NCBI GenBank assembly: GCA_964016885.1
Contig: OZ024742.1
Span: forward strand, 288,672,001 to 288,736,000
DNA: 64,000 nt
Direction of reading: 5' to 3'
From: Eledone cirrhosa
Taxonomy: Eukaryota
The position numbers and the translations under genes are program-made. The notes beneath the pieces are model-generated. The model did not search any database. It was not told the origin of the DNA and saw only the letters and a program-made list of their open reading frames with translations. Shown here piece after piece: positions 30,001 through 56,149 of the stretch (positions within the stretch are counted from its first letter, which is position 1; every line of letters begins with the position of its first letter).

Positions 30001-33000
30001 ATCTACTGTGGGGATATAATTGGTCCTCTGTGGGGATTTAATTGGTCTACTGTAGGGATATAATTGGTCGAGTGTGGGAATATAATTGCTCTACTGTGAT
30101 GATATAATTGGTCACATGTGGGGATATAATAGATCGAGTGTGGGGATATTATTGGTCTAGTGTGGGGGTATTGGTATAGTGTCGGGATTTAATTGCTCTA
30201 CTGTGGGGATATAATTGGTCTAGCGTGGGGATTTAATTGATCTACCTTGGGGATATAATTGGTCTACTGTTGGGTTATAATTGGTCTAGTGTGGGGATAT
30301 AATTGTTCTACTTTGGGGATAGAATTGTTCTAGTGTGGGGATATAATTGGTCTACTGTGGGGATATAATTGGTCTGCTGTGGGGATATAATTGGTCTACT
30401 GTGGGGATATAATTGTTCTAGTGTGGGGATATAATTGGTCTAGTGTGGGATATAATTGATCTACTGTGTGGATATAATTGGTCTACTGTGGGGATATAAT
30501 TGGTCTACTGTGGGGATATAATTGGTCTACTGTGGGGATATAATTGGTCTAGTGTGGGGTATAATTTGTCTACTGTGGGGATATAACTGGTCTACTGGGG
30601 AGGATATAATTGGTCTAGTGTGGGGTATAATTCGACTGCTGTGGCGATATAATTGGTCGAGTTTGGGGATATAATTGGTCTACTGTGGTAATATAATTGG
30701 TCTACTGTGGCGATATAATTGGACTACTGTGGGGATATAATTGGTCGAGTGTAGGGATATAATTGGTCTACTGTGGGGATATAATTGGTCTAGTGTGGGT
30801 ATATAATTGGTCTACTGTGGGGATATAATTGGTCTACTGTAGGGATATAAATGGTCTACCGTGGAAATATAATTGGTCTAGTATGGGGATATAATTGGTC
30901 TACTGTGGGGATATAATTGGTCGAGTGTAGGGATATAATTGGTCTACTGTGGGGATATAATTGGTCTACTGTGGGGATATAATTGGTCTACTGTGGTGGG
31001 GATATAATTGGTCTAGTGTGGGGATTTAATTGCTCTACTGTTGGGATATTATTGGTCTAGTGTGGGGTATAATTTGTCTACCGTGGGAATATAATTGGTC
31101 TATTGTGGGGATTTAATTGGTCTACTGTTGGGATATAATTGGTCTACTGTGGGGATATAATTTGTCTAGTATGGGGTATAATTTCTCTACTGTGGGAATA
31201 TAATTGGTCTACTGTGGGGTATAATTGGTGTACTGTGGGGATATAATTTGTCTAGTATGGGGTATAATTTCTCTACTCTGGGGATATAACTGGTCTACTG
31301 GGGATATAATTGGTCTAGTGTGGGGTATAATTGGTCTACTGTGGGGATATAATTGTTGTACTGTGGGGATATAATGGGACAAGTGTGGGGATATTATTGT
31401 CTAGTGTGGGGATATAGTTGGTCTAATGTGGGGAAATAATTGGTCTGCTGTGGGGATATAATTGGTCTACTGTAGGGATATAATTGGTCGAGTGTGGAGA
31501 TATTATTGGTCGAGTGTGGGGCTATAATTTGTCTACTGTGGGGATTTAATTGCTCTACTGTGGGGATATAATTGGTCCTCTGTGGCGATATAATTGGTCT
31601 ACTGTGGGGATATAAATGGCCTACCGTGGAAATATAATTGGTCTACTTTGGGGATATAATAGGTCTACTGTGGGGATATAATTGGTCGAGTGTGGGGATA
31701 TAATTGGTCGAGTGTAGGTATATAATTGGTCGAGTGTGGGGATATAATTGGTCTACTGTGGTGGGGATATAATTGGTCGAGTGTGGTGATATTATTGGTC
31801 TAGTGTTGGGATATAATTTGTCTACTGTGGGGATTTAATTGCTCTACTGTGGGGGTATAATTTGTCTACTGTGGGAATATAATTGTTCTACTGGGGGATA
31901 TAATTGGTCTACTGTGGGGATATAATTGGTCTACTGTGGGGATATAACTGGTCTAATGTGGGGTATAATTTTTCTACTGTGGTGGGAATATAATTATTCT
32001 ACTGGGGGATATAATTGGTCTACTGTGGGGATATAATTGGTCTAGTATGGGGACATAATTGGTCGAGTATGAGGATATAACTGGTCTATTGTGGGGATGT
32101 AATTAGTCCAATGTGGATATATAATTGACCTACTGTCGGGATATAATTGGTCTACTGCTGGGGCATAATTGGTCTAGTATGGGGATATAATTGGTAGAGT
32201 GTGGGGATATAATTGGTCTGCTGTGGGTATATTATTGTTCTAGTATGGGGACATAATTAGTCGAGTGTGGGGATATAATTGGTCTACTGTCGGGATATAA
32301 TTGGCCTACTGTGGGGGATATAATTGGCCTACTGTGTGGATATAATTGGTCGCCTGTGGGTACATAATTGGTCTACTGTGGTGGGGATATAATTGGTCTA
32401 CTGTCGGGATTTAATTGGTCTACTGTTGGGATATAATTTGTCTACTGTGGGAATATAATTGGTCTACTGTGGGGATATAATTGTTCTAGTGTGGGGATAT
32501 AATTGGTCTAGGGTGGTGATATTATTGGTCTACTGTGGGGATATAATTGGTCTACTGTGGGGATGTAATTGGTCTACTGTGGGGATATAATTGGTCTACT
32601 GTGGGGATATAATTGGTGTAGTGTGAGGATATAATTTCTCTACTGTGGGGATATAACTGGTCTACTGGGGATATAATTGGTCGAGTGTGGGGATATTATT
32701 GTCTAGTGTGGGGATATATTGGTCGAGTGTGGGGATATTATTGGTCGAGTGTGGGGATATTATTGGTCTAGTGTGGGGATATTATTGTCTAGTGTGGGGA
32801 TATAATTGTTCTAGTGTGGGGATATAACTGGTCTACTGTGGAGATATAATTGGTCTACTGTGGGGATATAATTGGTCTACTGTGATGATATAATTGGTCG
32901 AGTGTGGGGATATAATTGGTCGCATGTGGGGATATAATTGGTCTACTGAGGGGATATAATTGGTCTACTGTGGGGATTTAATTGCTCTACAGTGGGGATA

Positions 33001-36000
33001 TAATTGGTCTAGTGTGGGGATATAATTGGTCTACTGTGATGATATAATTGGTCGAGTGTGGGGATATAATTGGTCGCATGTGGGGATATAATTGGTCTAC
33101 TGAGGGGATATAATTGGTCTACTGTGGGGATTTAATTGCTCTACAGTGGGGATATAATTGGTCTAGTGTGGGGTATAATTTGTCTACTGTGGGAATATAA
33201 TTGGTCTACTGTGGGGTTATAATTGGTCTAGTGTGGGGTATAATTTGTCTACTGTGGGAATATAATTGGTCTACTGTGGGGTTATAATTGGTATACTGTG
33301 GGGATATAAGTTTTCTTGTGTGGGGATATAATTGGTCTACTGTAGGGATATAATTGGTCTACTGTGGGGATATAATTGGTCTACTGTGGGGATATAATTG
33401 TTCTACTGTGGGGATATAATTGTTCTACTGTGGGGATATAATTGGTCTACTGTGGGGATTTAATTGCTCTACTGTGGGGATATTATTTGTCTACTGTGGG
33501 GATATAATGGGTCTAGTATGGGGATATAACTTGTCTACTGTGGGGATATAGTTGGTCAAGTGTGGGGTATAATTTGTCTACTGTGGGGATATAATTGGTC
33601 TACTGTGGGCGTATAATTGGTCTAGTATGGGGACATAATTGGTCGAGTATGGGTATATAATTGGTCCAATGTGGATATAGAATTGGCCTACTGTCGGGAT
33701 ATAATTGGTCTACTGTGGGGGTATAATTGCTCTAGTATGGGGATATAATTGGTCTGCAGTGGGGATATAATTGTTCTAGTATGGGGACATAATTGGTCTA
33801 CTGTGGGGATATAATTGGTCGAGTGTGGGGATATAATGGTCTATTTGGGGATATAATTGGTCGAGTGTGGGGATATAATTGGTCAATGAGGGAATATAAT
33901 TGGTCTACTGTGGGGATTTAATTCTCCTAGTGTGGGGATATAATTGGTCTAGTGTGGGATATAATTGGTCTACTGTGTGGATATAATATGTCTACTGTGG
34001 GGATATAATTGGTCTACTGTGGGGATATAATTGGTCGAGTGTGGGGATATAATTGGTCTATGGTGGGGATATAATTGGTCGGGTGTGGGGATATAATTGT
34101 TCTACTGTGGGGATTTAATTGCTCTACTGTAGGGATATAATTGGTCTACTGTGGGAAAATAATTGGTCGAGTGTGGGGATATAAATGGTCTAGTATGGGG
34201 ATGTAATTGGTCGAATGTGGATATATAATTGGACTACTGTCGGGATATAATTGGTCTACTGTGGGGGTATAATTGGTCTAGTATGGGGATATAATTGGTC
34301 GAGTGTGGGGATATAATTGGTCTGCTGTGGGGATATAATTGTTCTAGTATGGGGACATAATTGGTCGAGTGTGGGGATATAATTTGTCGCGTGTGGGGAT
34401 ATAATTGGTCTACTGTGGGGATTTAATTGCTCTACTGTTGGGATATAATTGGTCTACTGTGGGGATATAATTGGTCTAGTGTGGGGTATTATTTGTCTAC
34501 TGTGGGAATATAATTGGTCTACTGCGGGGATTTAATTGGTCTACTGTTGGGATATAATTTGTCTACTGTGGGGATATAATTGTTCTAGTGTGTGGATATA
34601 ATTGGTCTAGTGTGCGGATATAATTGGTCTAGTGTGGGGACATAATTGGTCTACTGTGAGGATTTAATTGCTCTACTGGGGGGATATAATTGGTCCTCTG
34701 CGGGGATATAATTGGTCTAGTGTAGGGTATAATTTGTCTACTGTGGGATATAATTGTTCTATTGGGGGATATAATTGGTCGAGTGTGGGGATATAATTGG
34801 TCTACTACAGGGATATAACTGGTCTACTGGGGATATAATTGGTCTAGCGTGGGGTATAATTTGTCAACAGTGGGGATATAATTGGTCTACTGTGGGGATA
34901 TAATCGTTCTAGTGTGGGGATATAATTGGTCTAGTGTGGGGATTTAATTAGTCTACTGTGGGGATATAATTGGTCTACTGTGTGGGTATAATTGGTCTAG
35001 TAAGGGGATATAATTGGTCGAGTGCGGGGATATAATTAGTCTACTGTGGGGATATAATTGGTCGAGTGTGGCGATATAATTGGTCTATTGTGGGGATGTA
35101 ATTGGTCGAGTGTGGAAATATAATTAGCCTACTGTCGGGATATAATTGGTCTACTGTGGGGGTATAATTGGTCTAGTGTGGGGATATAATTGGTCGAGTG
35201 TGGGGATATAATTGGTCTGCTGTGGGTATATTATTGTTCTAGTATGGAGACATAATTGGTGGAGTGTGGGGATATGATTGGTCTACTGTCGGGATATAAT
35301 TGGTCGAGTGTGAGGGTATAATTGGTCTGCTGTTGGTATATAATTGGTCGAGTGTGGGGGTATAATTAGTCTACTGTGGGGATATTTTTGGTCGAGTGTG
35401 GGCGTATAATTGTTCTGCTGTGGGGATGTAATTGGTCTAGTGTGGGGATATAATTGGTCTACTGTGGAGATATAATTGGTCGAGTGTGGGGATATAATTG
35501 GTCGAGTGTGTGGATATAATTGGTCTACTGTGATGATATAATTGGTCGCATGTGGGGATATAATTGCTCGAGTGTGGGGATATAATTGATCAATGTGGGG
35601 ATATTATTGGTCTAATGTGGGGATATAATTGGTTTAGTGTGGGGATTTAATTGCTCTACTGTGTGGATATAATTGGTCTAGTGTGGGGATTTAATTGCTC
35701 TACTGTGGGGATATAATTGGTCTACTGTGGGGTTATAATTGGTCTTGTGTGGGGATATAATTGTTCTACTGTGGGGATATAATTGTTCTAGTGTGGGATA
35801 TAATTGGTCTACTGTGTGGATATAATTGGTCTAATGTGGGGATATAATTGGTCTACTGTGGGGATATAATTGGTCTAGTGTGGGGATATAATTGGTCTAG
35901 TGTGGGATATAATTGGTCTACTGTGTGGATATAATTGGTCAAATGTGGGGATATAATTGGTCTAGTGTGGGGTATAATTTGGCTACTGTGGGGATATAAC

Positions 36001-39000
36001 TGGTCTACTGGGGATATAATTGGTCTAGTGTGGGGTATAATTTGACTGCTGTGGCGATATAATTGGTCTACTGTGGGGATATAATTGGTCGACTGTAGGG
36101 ATATAATTGGTCTACTGTGGGGATATAATTGCTCTACTGTGTGGATATAATTGGTCTACTGTGGGGATATAAATGGTCTACTGTGGAAATATAATTGGTC
36201 TAGTTTGGGGATATAATTGGTCTACTGTGGGGATGTAATTGGTGTACTGTGGGGATATAATTGTTCTACTGTGGGGATATAATTGGTCTACTGTGGTGGG
36301 GATATAATTGGTCGAGTGTGGGGATATTATTGGTCTAGTGTGGGGATATTATTGTCTAGTGTGGGGATATAATTGGTCTACTGTGGGGATTTAATTGCTC
36401 TACTGTGGGGATATAATTGATCTATGGTGGGGATATAATTGGTCTAGCATGGAGATATAATTGGTCGCGTGTGTGGATATAATTGGTCGAGTGTGGGGAT
36501 AAAATTGGTCTACTGTGGTGATATAATTGGTCTACTGTGGGGATATAATTGATCTACTGTGGGGATATAACTGGTCCAGAGGGGATATAATTGGTCTACT
36601 GTGGGGATATAGTTGGCCTACTGTGGGGATATAAATGGTCGCGTGTGGGGACAGAATAGGTCTACTGTGGTGGGGATATTATTGGTCGAGTTTGGGGATA
36701 TAGTTGGTCTACTGTGGGGATATAGTTGGTCTACTGTGGGGATATAATTGGTCGAGTGTGGAGATATAATTGCTCTACTGTGGGGATTTAATTGCTCTAC
36801 TGTGGGGATATAATTGGTCTATGGTGGGGATATAATTGGTCTAGTATGGAGATATAATTGGTCGAGTGTGTGGATATAATTGGTCGAGTGTGGGGATAAA
36901 ATTGGTCTACTGTGGTGATATAATTGGTCTACTGTGGGGATATAATTGGTCTACTGTGGGGATAGAACTGGTCCAGAGACTGGATATAATTGGTCTACTA
37001 TGGGGATATAATTGGTCTACTGTGTCGATATAATTGTTCTAGTGTGGGGATATAATTGGTCAATGTGGGGATATTATTGGTCTACTGTGGGGATATAATG
37101 TGTATAGTGTGGGGATTTAATTGCTCTACTGTGGGGATATAATTGGTCTACTGTGGGGTTATAATTGGTCTAGTGTGGGGATATAATTGTTCTAGTGTGG
37201 GGATATAATTGGTCTACTGTGGGGATATAATTGGTCTACTGTGGGGATATAATTGGTCTACTGTGGGGATGTAACTGGTCTAATGTGGGGATATAATTTG
37301 TCTAGTGTGGGGTATTATTTGTCTACATTGGGGATATAACTGGTCTACTGGGGATATTATTGGTCTAGTGTGGGTTATAATTTGACTGCTGTGCGGATAT
37401 AATTGGTCGAGTGTGGGAATATAATTGGTCTACTGTGGTAATGTAATTGGTCTACGGTGGGGATATAACTGGTCTAGTGTGGGTTATAATTGGTCTGCTG
37501 TGGGGATATAATTGGTCGCGTGTGGGGACATAATTGGTCTACTGTGGTGGGGATATAATTGGTCGAGTGTGGGTATATAATTGGTCTACTGTGGGGATAT
37601 AATTGGTCTACTGTAGGGATATAATTGTTCTAGTGTGCAGATATAATTGGTCTATTGTGGGGTATAATTGGTCTAGTGTGCGGATATAATTGTTCTAGTA
37701 AGGGGATATAATTGGTCTACTGTGGGGATATAATTGTTCTACTAGGGGATATAATTGGTCGAGTGTGGGGAAATAATTGGTCTACTGTGGGGATATAACT
37801 GGTCTAATGTGGGGATATATTTGGTCTAGTGTGGGGTATAATTTGTCTACTGTGGGGATATAATATGTCTACTGTGGGGATATAATCGTTCTAGTGTGGG
37901 TATATAATTGGTCTAGTGTGGGGATATAATTAGTCTACTGTGGGGATATAATTGGTCAACTATGGGGATATAATTGGTCTACTGTGGGGATATAATTGTT
38001 CTAGTGTGCGGATATAATTGGTCTATTGTGGGGATATAATTGGTCTACTGTGGGGCCATTATTGGTCTAGCGTGGGGAAATAATTGGTCTACTGTGGGGA
38101 CGTAATTACTCTACTCTGGGGATATAATTGGTCTAGTGTGGGGTATAATTTCTCTACTGTGGGGATATAATTGGTCTAGTGTGGGGATATAATTGGTCTA
38201 CTATGGGGATATAACTTGTCTACTGTGGAGATATAGTTGGTCAAGTGTGGTGCATAATTTGTCTACTGTGGGGGTATAATTGGTCTACTGTGGGGATATA
38301 ATTGGTCTAGTATGGGGACATAATTGGTCGAGTGTGGGGATATAATTGGTCTACTGTGAGGATATAATTGGTCTAGTGTGGGGATATAATTGGTCTAGTG
38401 TGGGGATTTAATTGCTCTATTGTTGGGATATAATTGGTCTACTGTGGGGATATAATTGGTCTAGTTTGGGGTATAATTGGTCGAGTCTGGGGTATAATTT
38501 GTCTACTGTGGGAATATAATTGGTCTACTGTGGGGATATAATTGGTCTAGTTTGGGGTATAATTTGTCTACTGTGGGAATATAATTGGTCTACTGTGGGG
38601 ATATAATTGGTCTAGTTTGGGATATAATTTGTCTACTGTGGGAATATAATTGGTCTACTGTGGGCATATAATTGTTCTAGTGTGTGGATATAATTGGTCT
38701 AGTGTGCATATATAATTGGTCTAGTGTGGGGACATAATTGGTCTACTGTGGGGATTTAATTGCTCTACTGTGGGGATATAATTGGTCTACTGTGGGGATA
38801 TAATTGGTCTAGTGTAGGGTATAATTTGTCTACTGTGGGGATATAATTGTTCTACTGGGGGATATAATTGGTCGAGTGTGGGGATATAATTGGTCTACTG
38901 TGGGGATATAACTGGTCTAGTGTGGGGCATAATATGTCTACTGTGGGGATATAACTGGTCTACTGGGGATATAATTGGTCTAGTGTGGGGTATAATTTGT

Positions 39001-42000
39001 CTACTGTGGGGATATAATTGGTCTACTGTGAGGATATAATCGTTCTAGTGTGGCTATATAATTGGTCTAGTGTGGGGATATAATTAGTCTACTGTGGGGA
39101 TATAATTGGTCGAGTGTGCGGATATAATTGGTGTAGTGTGGGGATATAATTGGTCGATTGTGAGGATATAATTGGTCTACTGTGGGGATATTATTCGTCT
39201 AGCTTGGGGATATAATTGGTCTACTGTGGGGACGTAATTACTCTACTCTGGAGATATAATTCGTCTAGTGTGGGGTATAATTTCTCTACTGTGGGGGTAT
39301 AATTGGTCTACTGTGGGAATATAATTGGTCTACTATGGGGATATAACTTGTCTACTGTGGGGATATAGTTGGTCAAGTTTGGTGTATAATTTGTCTACTG
39401 TGGGGATATAATTGGTCTACTGTGGGGGTATAATTGGTCTAGTAAGGGGATTTAATTGGTCTACTGTGGGGATATAATTAGTAGAGTGTGGAGATATGAT
39501 TAGTCTACTGTCGGGATATAATTGGTCTACTGTGGGCGTATAATTGGTCTAGTATGGGGACATAATTAGTCGAGTGTGGGGATATGATTGGTCTACTGTG
39601 GGGATATAATTGGTCGAGTGTGAGGGTATAATTGGTCTGCTGTGGGTATATAATTGGTCGAGTGTGGGGGTATAATTGGTCTACTGTGGGGATATTTTTG
39701 GTCGAGTGTGGGCATATAATTGGTCTGCAGTGGGGATGTAATTGGTCTACTGTGGGGATGTAATTGGTCTAGTGTGGGTATATAATTGGTCTACTGTGGG
39801 GATATAATTGGTCGAGTGTGGGGATATAATTGGTCTACTGTGATGATATAATTGGTCTAGTGTGGGGATATAATTGGTATAGTGTGTGGATTTAATTGCT
39901 CTACTGTGGGCATATAATTGGTCTAGTGTGGGGATATAATTGGTCTACTGTGTGGATATAATTGGTCTACTGTGGGGATATAATTGGTCTACTGTGTGGA
40001 TATAATTGGTCTAGTGTGGGGATATAATTGGTCTACTGTGGGGATATAATTGGTCTACTGTGGGGATATAATTGGTCTACTGTGGAGATATAATTGGTCT
40101 ACTGTGGGGATATAATTGGTTTACTGTGGAGATATAATTGGTCTACTGTGGGGATATAATTGGTCTACTGTGGGGATATAATTGGTCTACTGTGGAGATA
40201 TAACTGGTCTACTGTGTGGATATAATTGGTTTACTGTGTGGATATAATTGGTTTACTGTGGAGATATAATTGGTCTACTGTGGGGATATAATTGGTCTAC
40301 TGTGGAGATATAATTGGTCTACTGTGGGGATATAATTGGTCTACTGTGGGGATATAATTGGTCAACTGTGGGGATATAATTTGTCTACTGTGGGGATATA
40401 ATTGGTCTAGTGTGGGGATGTAACTTGTCTACTGTGGGGATATAGTTGGTCTAGTGTGGGGGTATAATTGGTCTAGCAAGGGGATATAATTGGTCTAGTA
40501 TGGGGACATAATTGGTCGAGTATGGGGATATAATTGGTCTATTGTGGGGATGTAATTGGTCCAATGTGGATATATAATTGGCCTATTGTCGGGATATAAT
40601 TGGTCTACTGTGGGGGTATAATTGGTCTAGTATGGTGATATAATTGGTCGAGTATGGGGATATAATTGGTCTGCTGTGGGGATATAATTCTTCTAGTATG
40701 GGGACATAATTGGTCGAGTGTGGGAATATGATTGGTCTACTGTGGGGATATAATTGGTTTACTGTGGGGATATAATTGGTCTAGTATGGGGACATAATTG
40801 GTCGAGTGTGGGGACATGATTGGTCTACTGTGGGGATATAATTGGTCTACTGTGGGGATATAATTGGTCTACTGTGGGGGATTTAATTGCTGTACTGTTG
40901 GGATATAATTGGTCTACTGTGGGGATATAATTGGTCTAGTGTGGGGTATAATTACAGTACTGTGGAAATATAATTGGTCTACTGTGGGGATTTAATTGTT
41001 CTACTGTTGGGATATAATTGGTTTACTGTTGGGATATAATTGGTCTAGTGTGGGGTATAATTTGTCTACTGTGGGAATATAATTGGTCTACTGTGGGGAT
41101 ATAATTGGTCTACTGTGGGGATATAATTGTTCTAGTGTGTGGATATAATTGGTCTAGTGTGCGGATATAATTGGTCTAGTGTGGGGACATAATTGGTCTA
41201 CTGTGGGGATTTAATTGCTCTACTGTGGGGATATAATTGGTCTAGTGTAGGGTATAATTTGTCTACTGTGGGGATATAATTGTTCTACTGGGGGATATAA
41301 TTGGTCGAGTGTGGGGATATAATTGGTCTACTGTGGGGATATAATTGGTCTACTGTGGGGATATAACTGGTCTAATGTGGGGATATAATTGGTCTAGTGT
41401 GGGGTATAATATGTCTACTCTGGGGATATAATTGGTCTAGTGTGGGGTATAATTTGTCTACTGTGGGGATATAATTGGTCTACTGTGGGGATATAATCGT
41501 TCTAGTGTGGGTATATAATTGGTCTAGTGTGGAGATATAATTAGTCTACTGTGGGGATATAATTGGTCAACTGTGGGGATATAATTGGTCTACTGTGGGG
41601 ATATAATTGTTCTAGTGTGCGGATATAATTGGTCTAGTGTGGGGATATAATTGGTCTATTGTGAGGATATAATTGGTCTACTGTGGGGATATTATTGGTC
41701 TAGCGTGGGGAAATAATTGGTCTACTGTGGGGACGTAATTACTCTACTCTGGGGATATAATTGGTCTAGTGTAGGGTATAATTTCTCTACTGTGGGGATA
41801 TAATTGGTCTAGTGTGGGGATATAATTGGTCTACTGTGGGAATATAATTGGTCTAGTGTGAGGATATAATTGGTCTAGTGTGGGGATTTAATTGGTCTAG
41901 TGTGAGGATATAATTGGTCTACTGTGGGGATATAATTGGTCTACTGTGAGGATATAATTGGTTTCCTGTGGGGATTTAATTCCTCTACTGTGGGGATATA

Positions 42001-42105
42001 ATTGGTCTAGTGTGGGGATTTAATTGGTCTTGTGTGAGGATATAATTTGTCTAGTGTGGGAATATAATTGGTCTAATGTGGGGGTATAATTTCTCTACTG
42101 TGGGG
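1..42105 (+). repeat. 22-bp tandem satellite array (consensus GGTCTACTGTGGGGATATAATT), about 1,900 units, open at the left edge of the window
   Basis: GGGGAT recurs every 22 bp (e.g. 841, 863, 885) with no unique interruption. Variant cores are CTACT/CTAGT/CGAGT/CAAGT/CTGCT/CTATT, with occasional shorter or longer (about 20-25 bp) units. The + strand is G-rich. Confidence 0.99.
4520..23446 (+). repeat. Head-to-tail duplication with a 9,456-bp period inside the satellite (about 4520-13975 and 13976-23446)
   Basis: Rare variants match at offset 9456: 4525/13981, the identical ORFs 5575/15031 and 9422/18878, and 13921/23377. The match is lost before about 4520 and after about 23446. Confidence 0.95.
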
Positions 42106-42490
42106 ATTTGATTGTTTTTGTTGTAGGTTTTTAATTGATTCTGTTGTGGGATTTTAATTGATTTGGTTGTGGGATTTAATTGATTCTGTTGTGGGGTTTG
42201 AATTGTTTCTGTTGTGAGATTTTAATTGAATTTACTGTGGGGATTAAATTAATTCAACTGTGGAATTTTAATTGGTTCTCTTATGGGATTTTAATTGGTT
42301 CTAGTATAGGAATTTAATTGGTTTTGTGGTGGGATTTTATTTGTTTTTACAAATAGTCATGATTATCAAACCATTGATTCAAGCTATTCCTACATGTAGA
42401 AATAGAGAGAAAGTGTTTTTACTGTGGGATAATAAATGGTTCTACCATGGAAATTCAATTGATTTTACTATGCGATTTTAATTGGTTTGT
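42106..42490 (+). repeat. Degenerate AT-enriched edge of the satellite
   Basis: Units such as AATTGATTCTGTTGTGGGATTTT and ACTGTGGGATAATAAATGGTTCTA keep the motif but diverge progressively. Confidence 0.85.
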
Positions 42491-42844
42491 TATATTACTA
42501 AATCCTTCCAAATTCTTGATTACTTTGAAAATTATTTGAAACTACTAGGCACTGTCTTTCATTAGAAATATGGTAATGAACTTCCTGAGCAAATGGGGGA
42601 ACGTTGAAAAGGAGTGGAAACTGTTTAGCTTGGAAGTTTCTGCTTCAGCTGTTAAATTGTTGACAGTTGCTTCTGACAGGACCCACTGCAAGGTATGCTC
42701 GAGGACTCTGCCCCCAACAACCTTCCCAGGAATAACTGGGCAAAGAAGAAATTGTTAACTATAACTTTATTTGATTAATAATTTTTTTTTTACTATGATG
42801 GTCTGACCAGGACAGTTAAAAACAAATATTTCTTCTAATTCCAG

Positions 42845-55269
<12,425 letters not shown>

Positions 55270-55378
55270 GTTCAGGGTTTAGTTCAAGTTTTTATTTATT
55301 TTTCTTTCATTTTTATTCACTAAAAATTATTCAAATATCTTAGTGAAATTATTTTTTCATATGTAAATAGTCCAGAAC

Positions 55379-55396
55379 AATAAATATAGTAATAAA
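55379..55396 (+). terminator. Candidate polyadenylation signals (two AATAAA)
   Basis: AATAAA at 55379 and 55391, about 110-125 bp after the stop codon. The context is AT-rich, so chance is possible. Confidence 0.55.
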
Positions 55397-55404
55397 CACT
55401 TCCA

Positions 55405-55617
55405 TCACTTCACATCTTGTCTTCTTCATTAACATTTAACTCTTTTTGTACAAAACCACCTCTTGGTCTACCTCTACTGGCATTTCCTGGCACTTCTTCA
55501 CCTAGCGATTACTGTCCATGCACATCACATATCCATACCAACGTAGTCTTCTCTCCTGCGCACCACCTCGGATTCCTCTTAAATCCAACTTCTCTTTCAA
55601 CTCTTCCAAGCTCTGCC
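55405..55617 (-). mobile_element. Decayed RTE LINE 3' fragment
   Basis: Minus strand GTGAAGAAGTGCCAGGAAATGCCAGTAGAGGTAGACCA matches 59952-60005 with internal deletions. Confidence 0.75.
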
Positions 55618-55654
55618 TTATATTTATCTAAAAATCTTCCATTATTATTTTGTG

Positions 55655-55845
55655 TTTGGTGGATTGGCAGTATCGGTAGAGGGTTGGACGCCATGCTTTG
55701 ACTTATAGAGTTACAGCCCTTGCCATTCTGAGTTCAAATCCCGCCGAGGTTAACTTTGCCTTTCATCCTTATGGGGTTCGATAAAATAAAGTACCAGTAA
55801 TGCACTGGGTAATTGCTGGCCTTGTGTCAAAAGTAAAAACAATTA
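55655..55845 (+). mobile_element. tRNA-derived SINE (same family as 53952)
   Basis: A and B boxes, GCCTTTCATCC core, ...GGCCTTGTGTCAAAAGTAAAAACAATTATT tail. Confidence 0.88.
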
Positions 55846-56149
55846 TTATTTTATGCAAGAACCTTTGTTATATTACTAAATCCCTCCAAATTTTTTATTT
55901 TCAAAATTATTTTTGAAACTATAAGGAATATTTTCCATTAAAAATATAGTAATGCAAAGGTTAAACCTTGTGGATATTTGTGTGTGTATGCCTATTTCTC
56001 TGTGTGTGTATGATGTATTTCTGTTTATGTGTGTAAGTGTAAAGATATTGATCACCAACACCCCCATGACCTCCATCAATAGGTGGTTACCAACAGTCCT
56101 CTCCCCATTACCCAAAACCCTACCTTTGATAGCCTACAATCTGTTTTTA

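Noticed and set aside
1-42105. CRISPR-like or variable-cassette reading of the array (constant TATAATTGG plus variable core)
   Set aside because: No unique spacers; the variable positions are point variants of one monomer; the context is eukaryotic with no cas genes.
1-42105. Repeated TATAAT as bacterial -10 boxes, or the array as a telomere repeat
   Set aside because: The DNA is intron-containing eukaryotic sequence, TATAAT is just part of the monomer, and no TTAGGG array is present.
42570-42758. 62-aa ORF just upstream of exon A as the missing RAD54B 5' exon
   Set aside because: No SNF2 motif I or II similarity, and its start overlaps a repeat fragment also seen near 54240-54280.
55660-55750. 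SINE heads as tRNA genes (also 53952, 60553, 63326)
   Set aside because: A and B boxes are present, but there is no paired cloverleaf and the sequence continues into shared SINE bodies.
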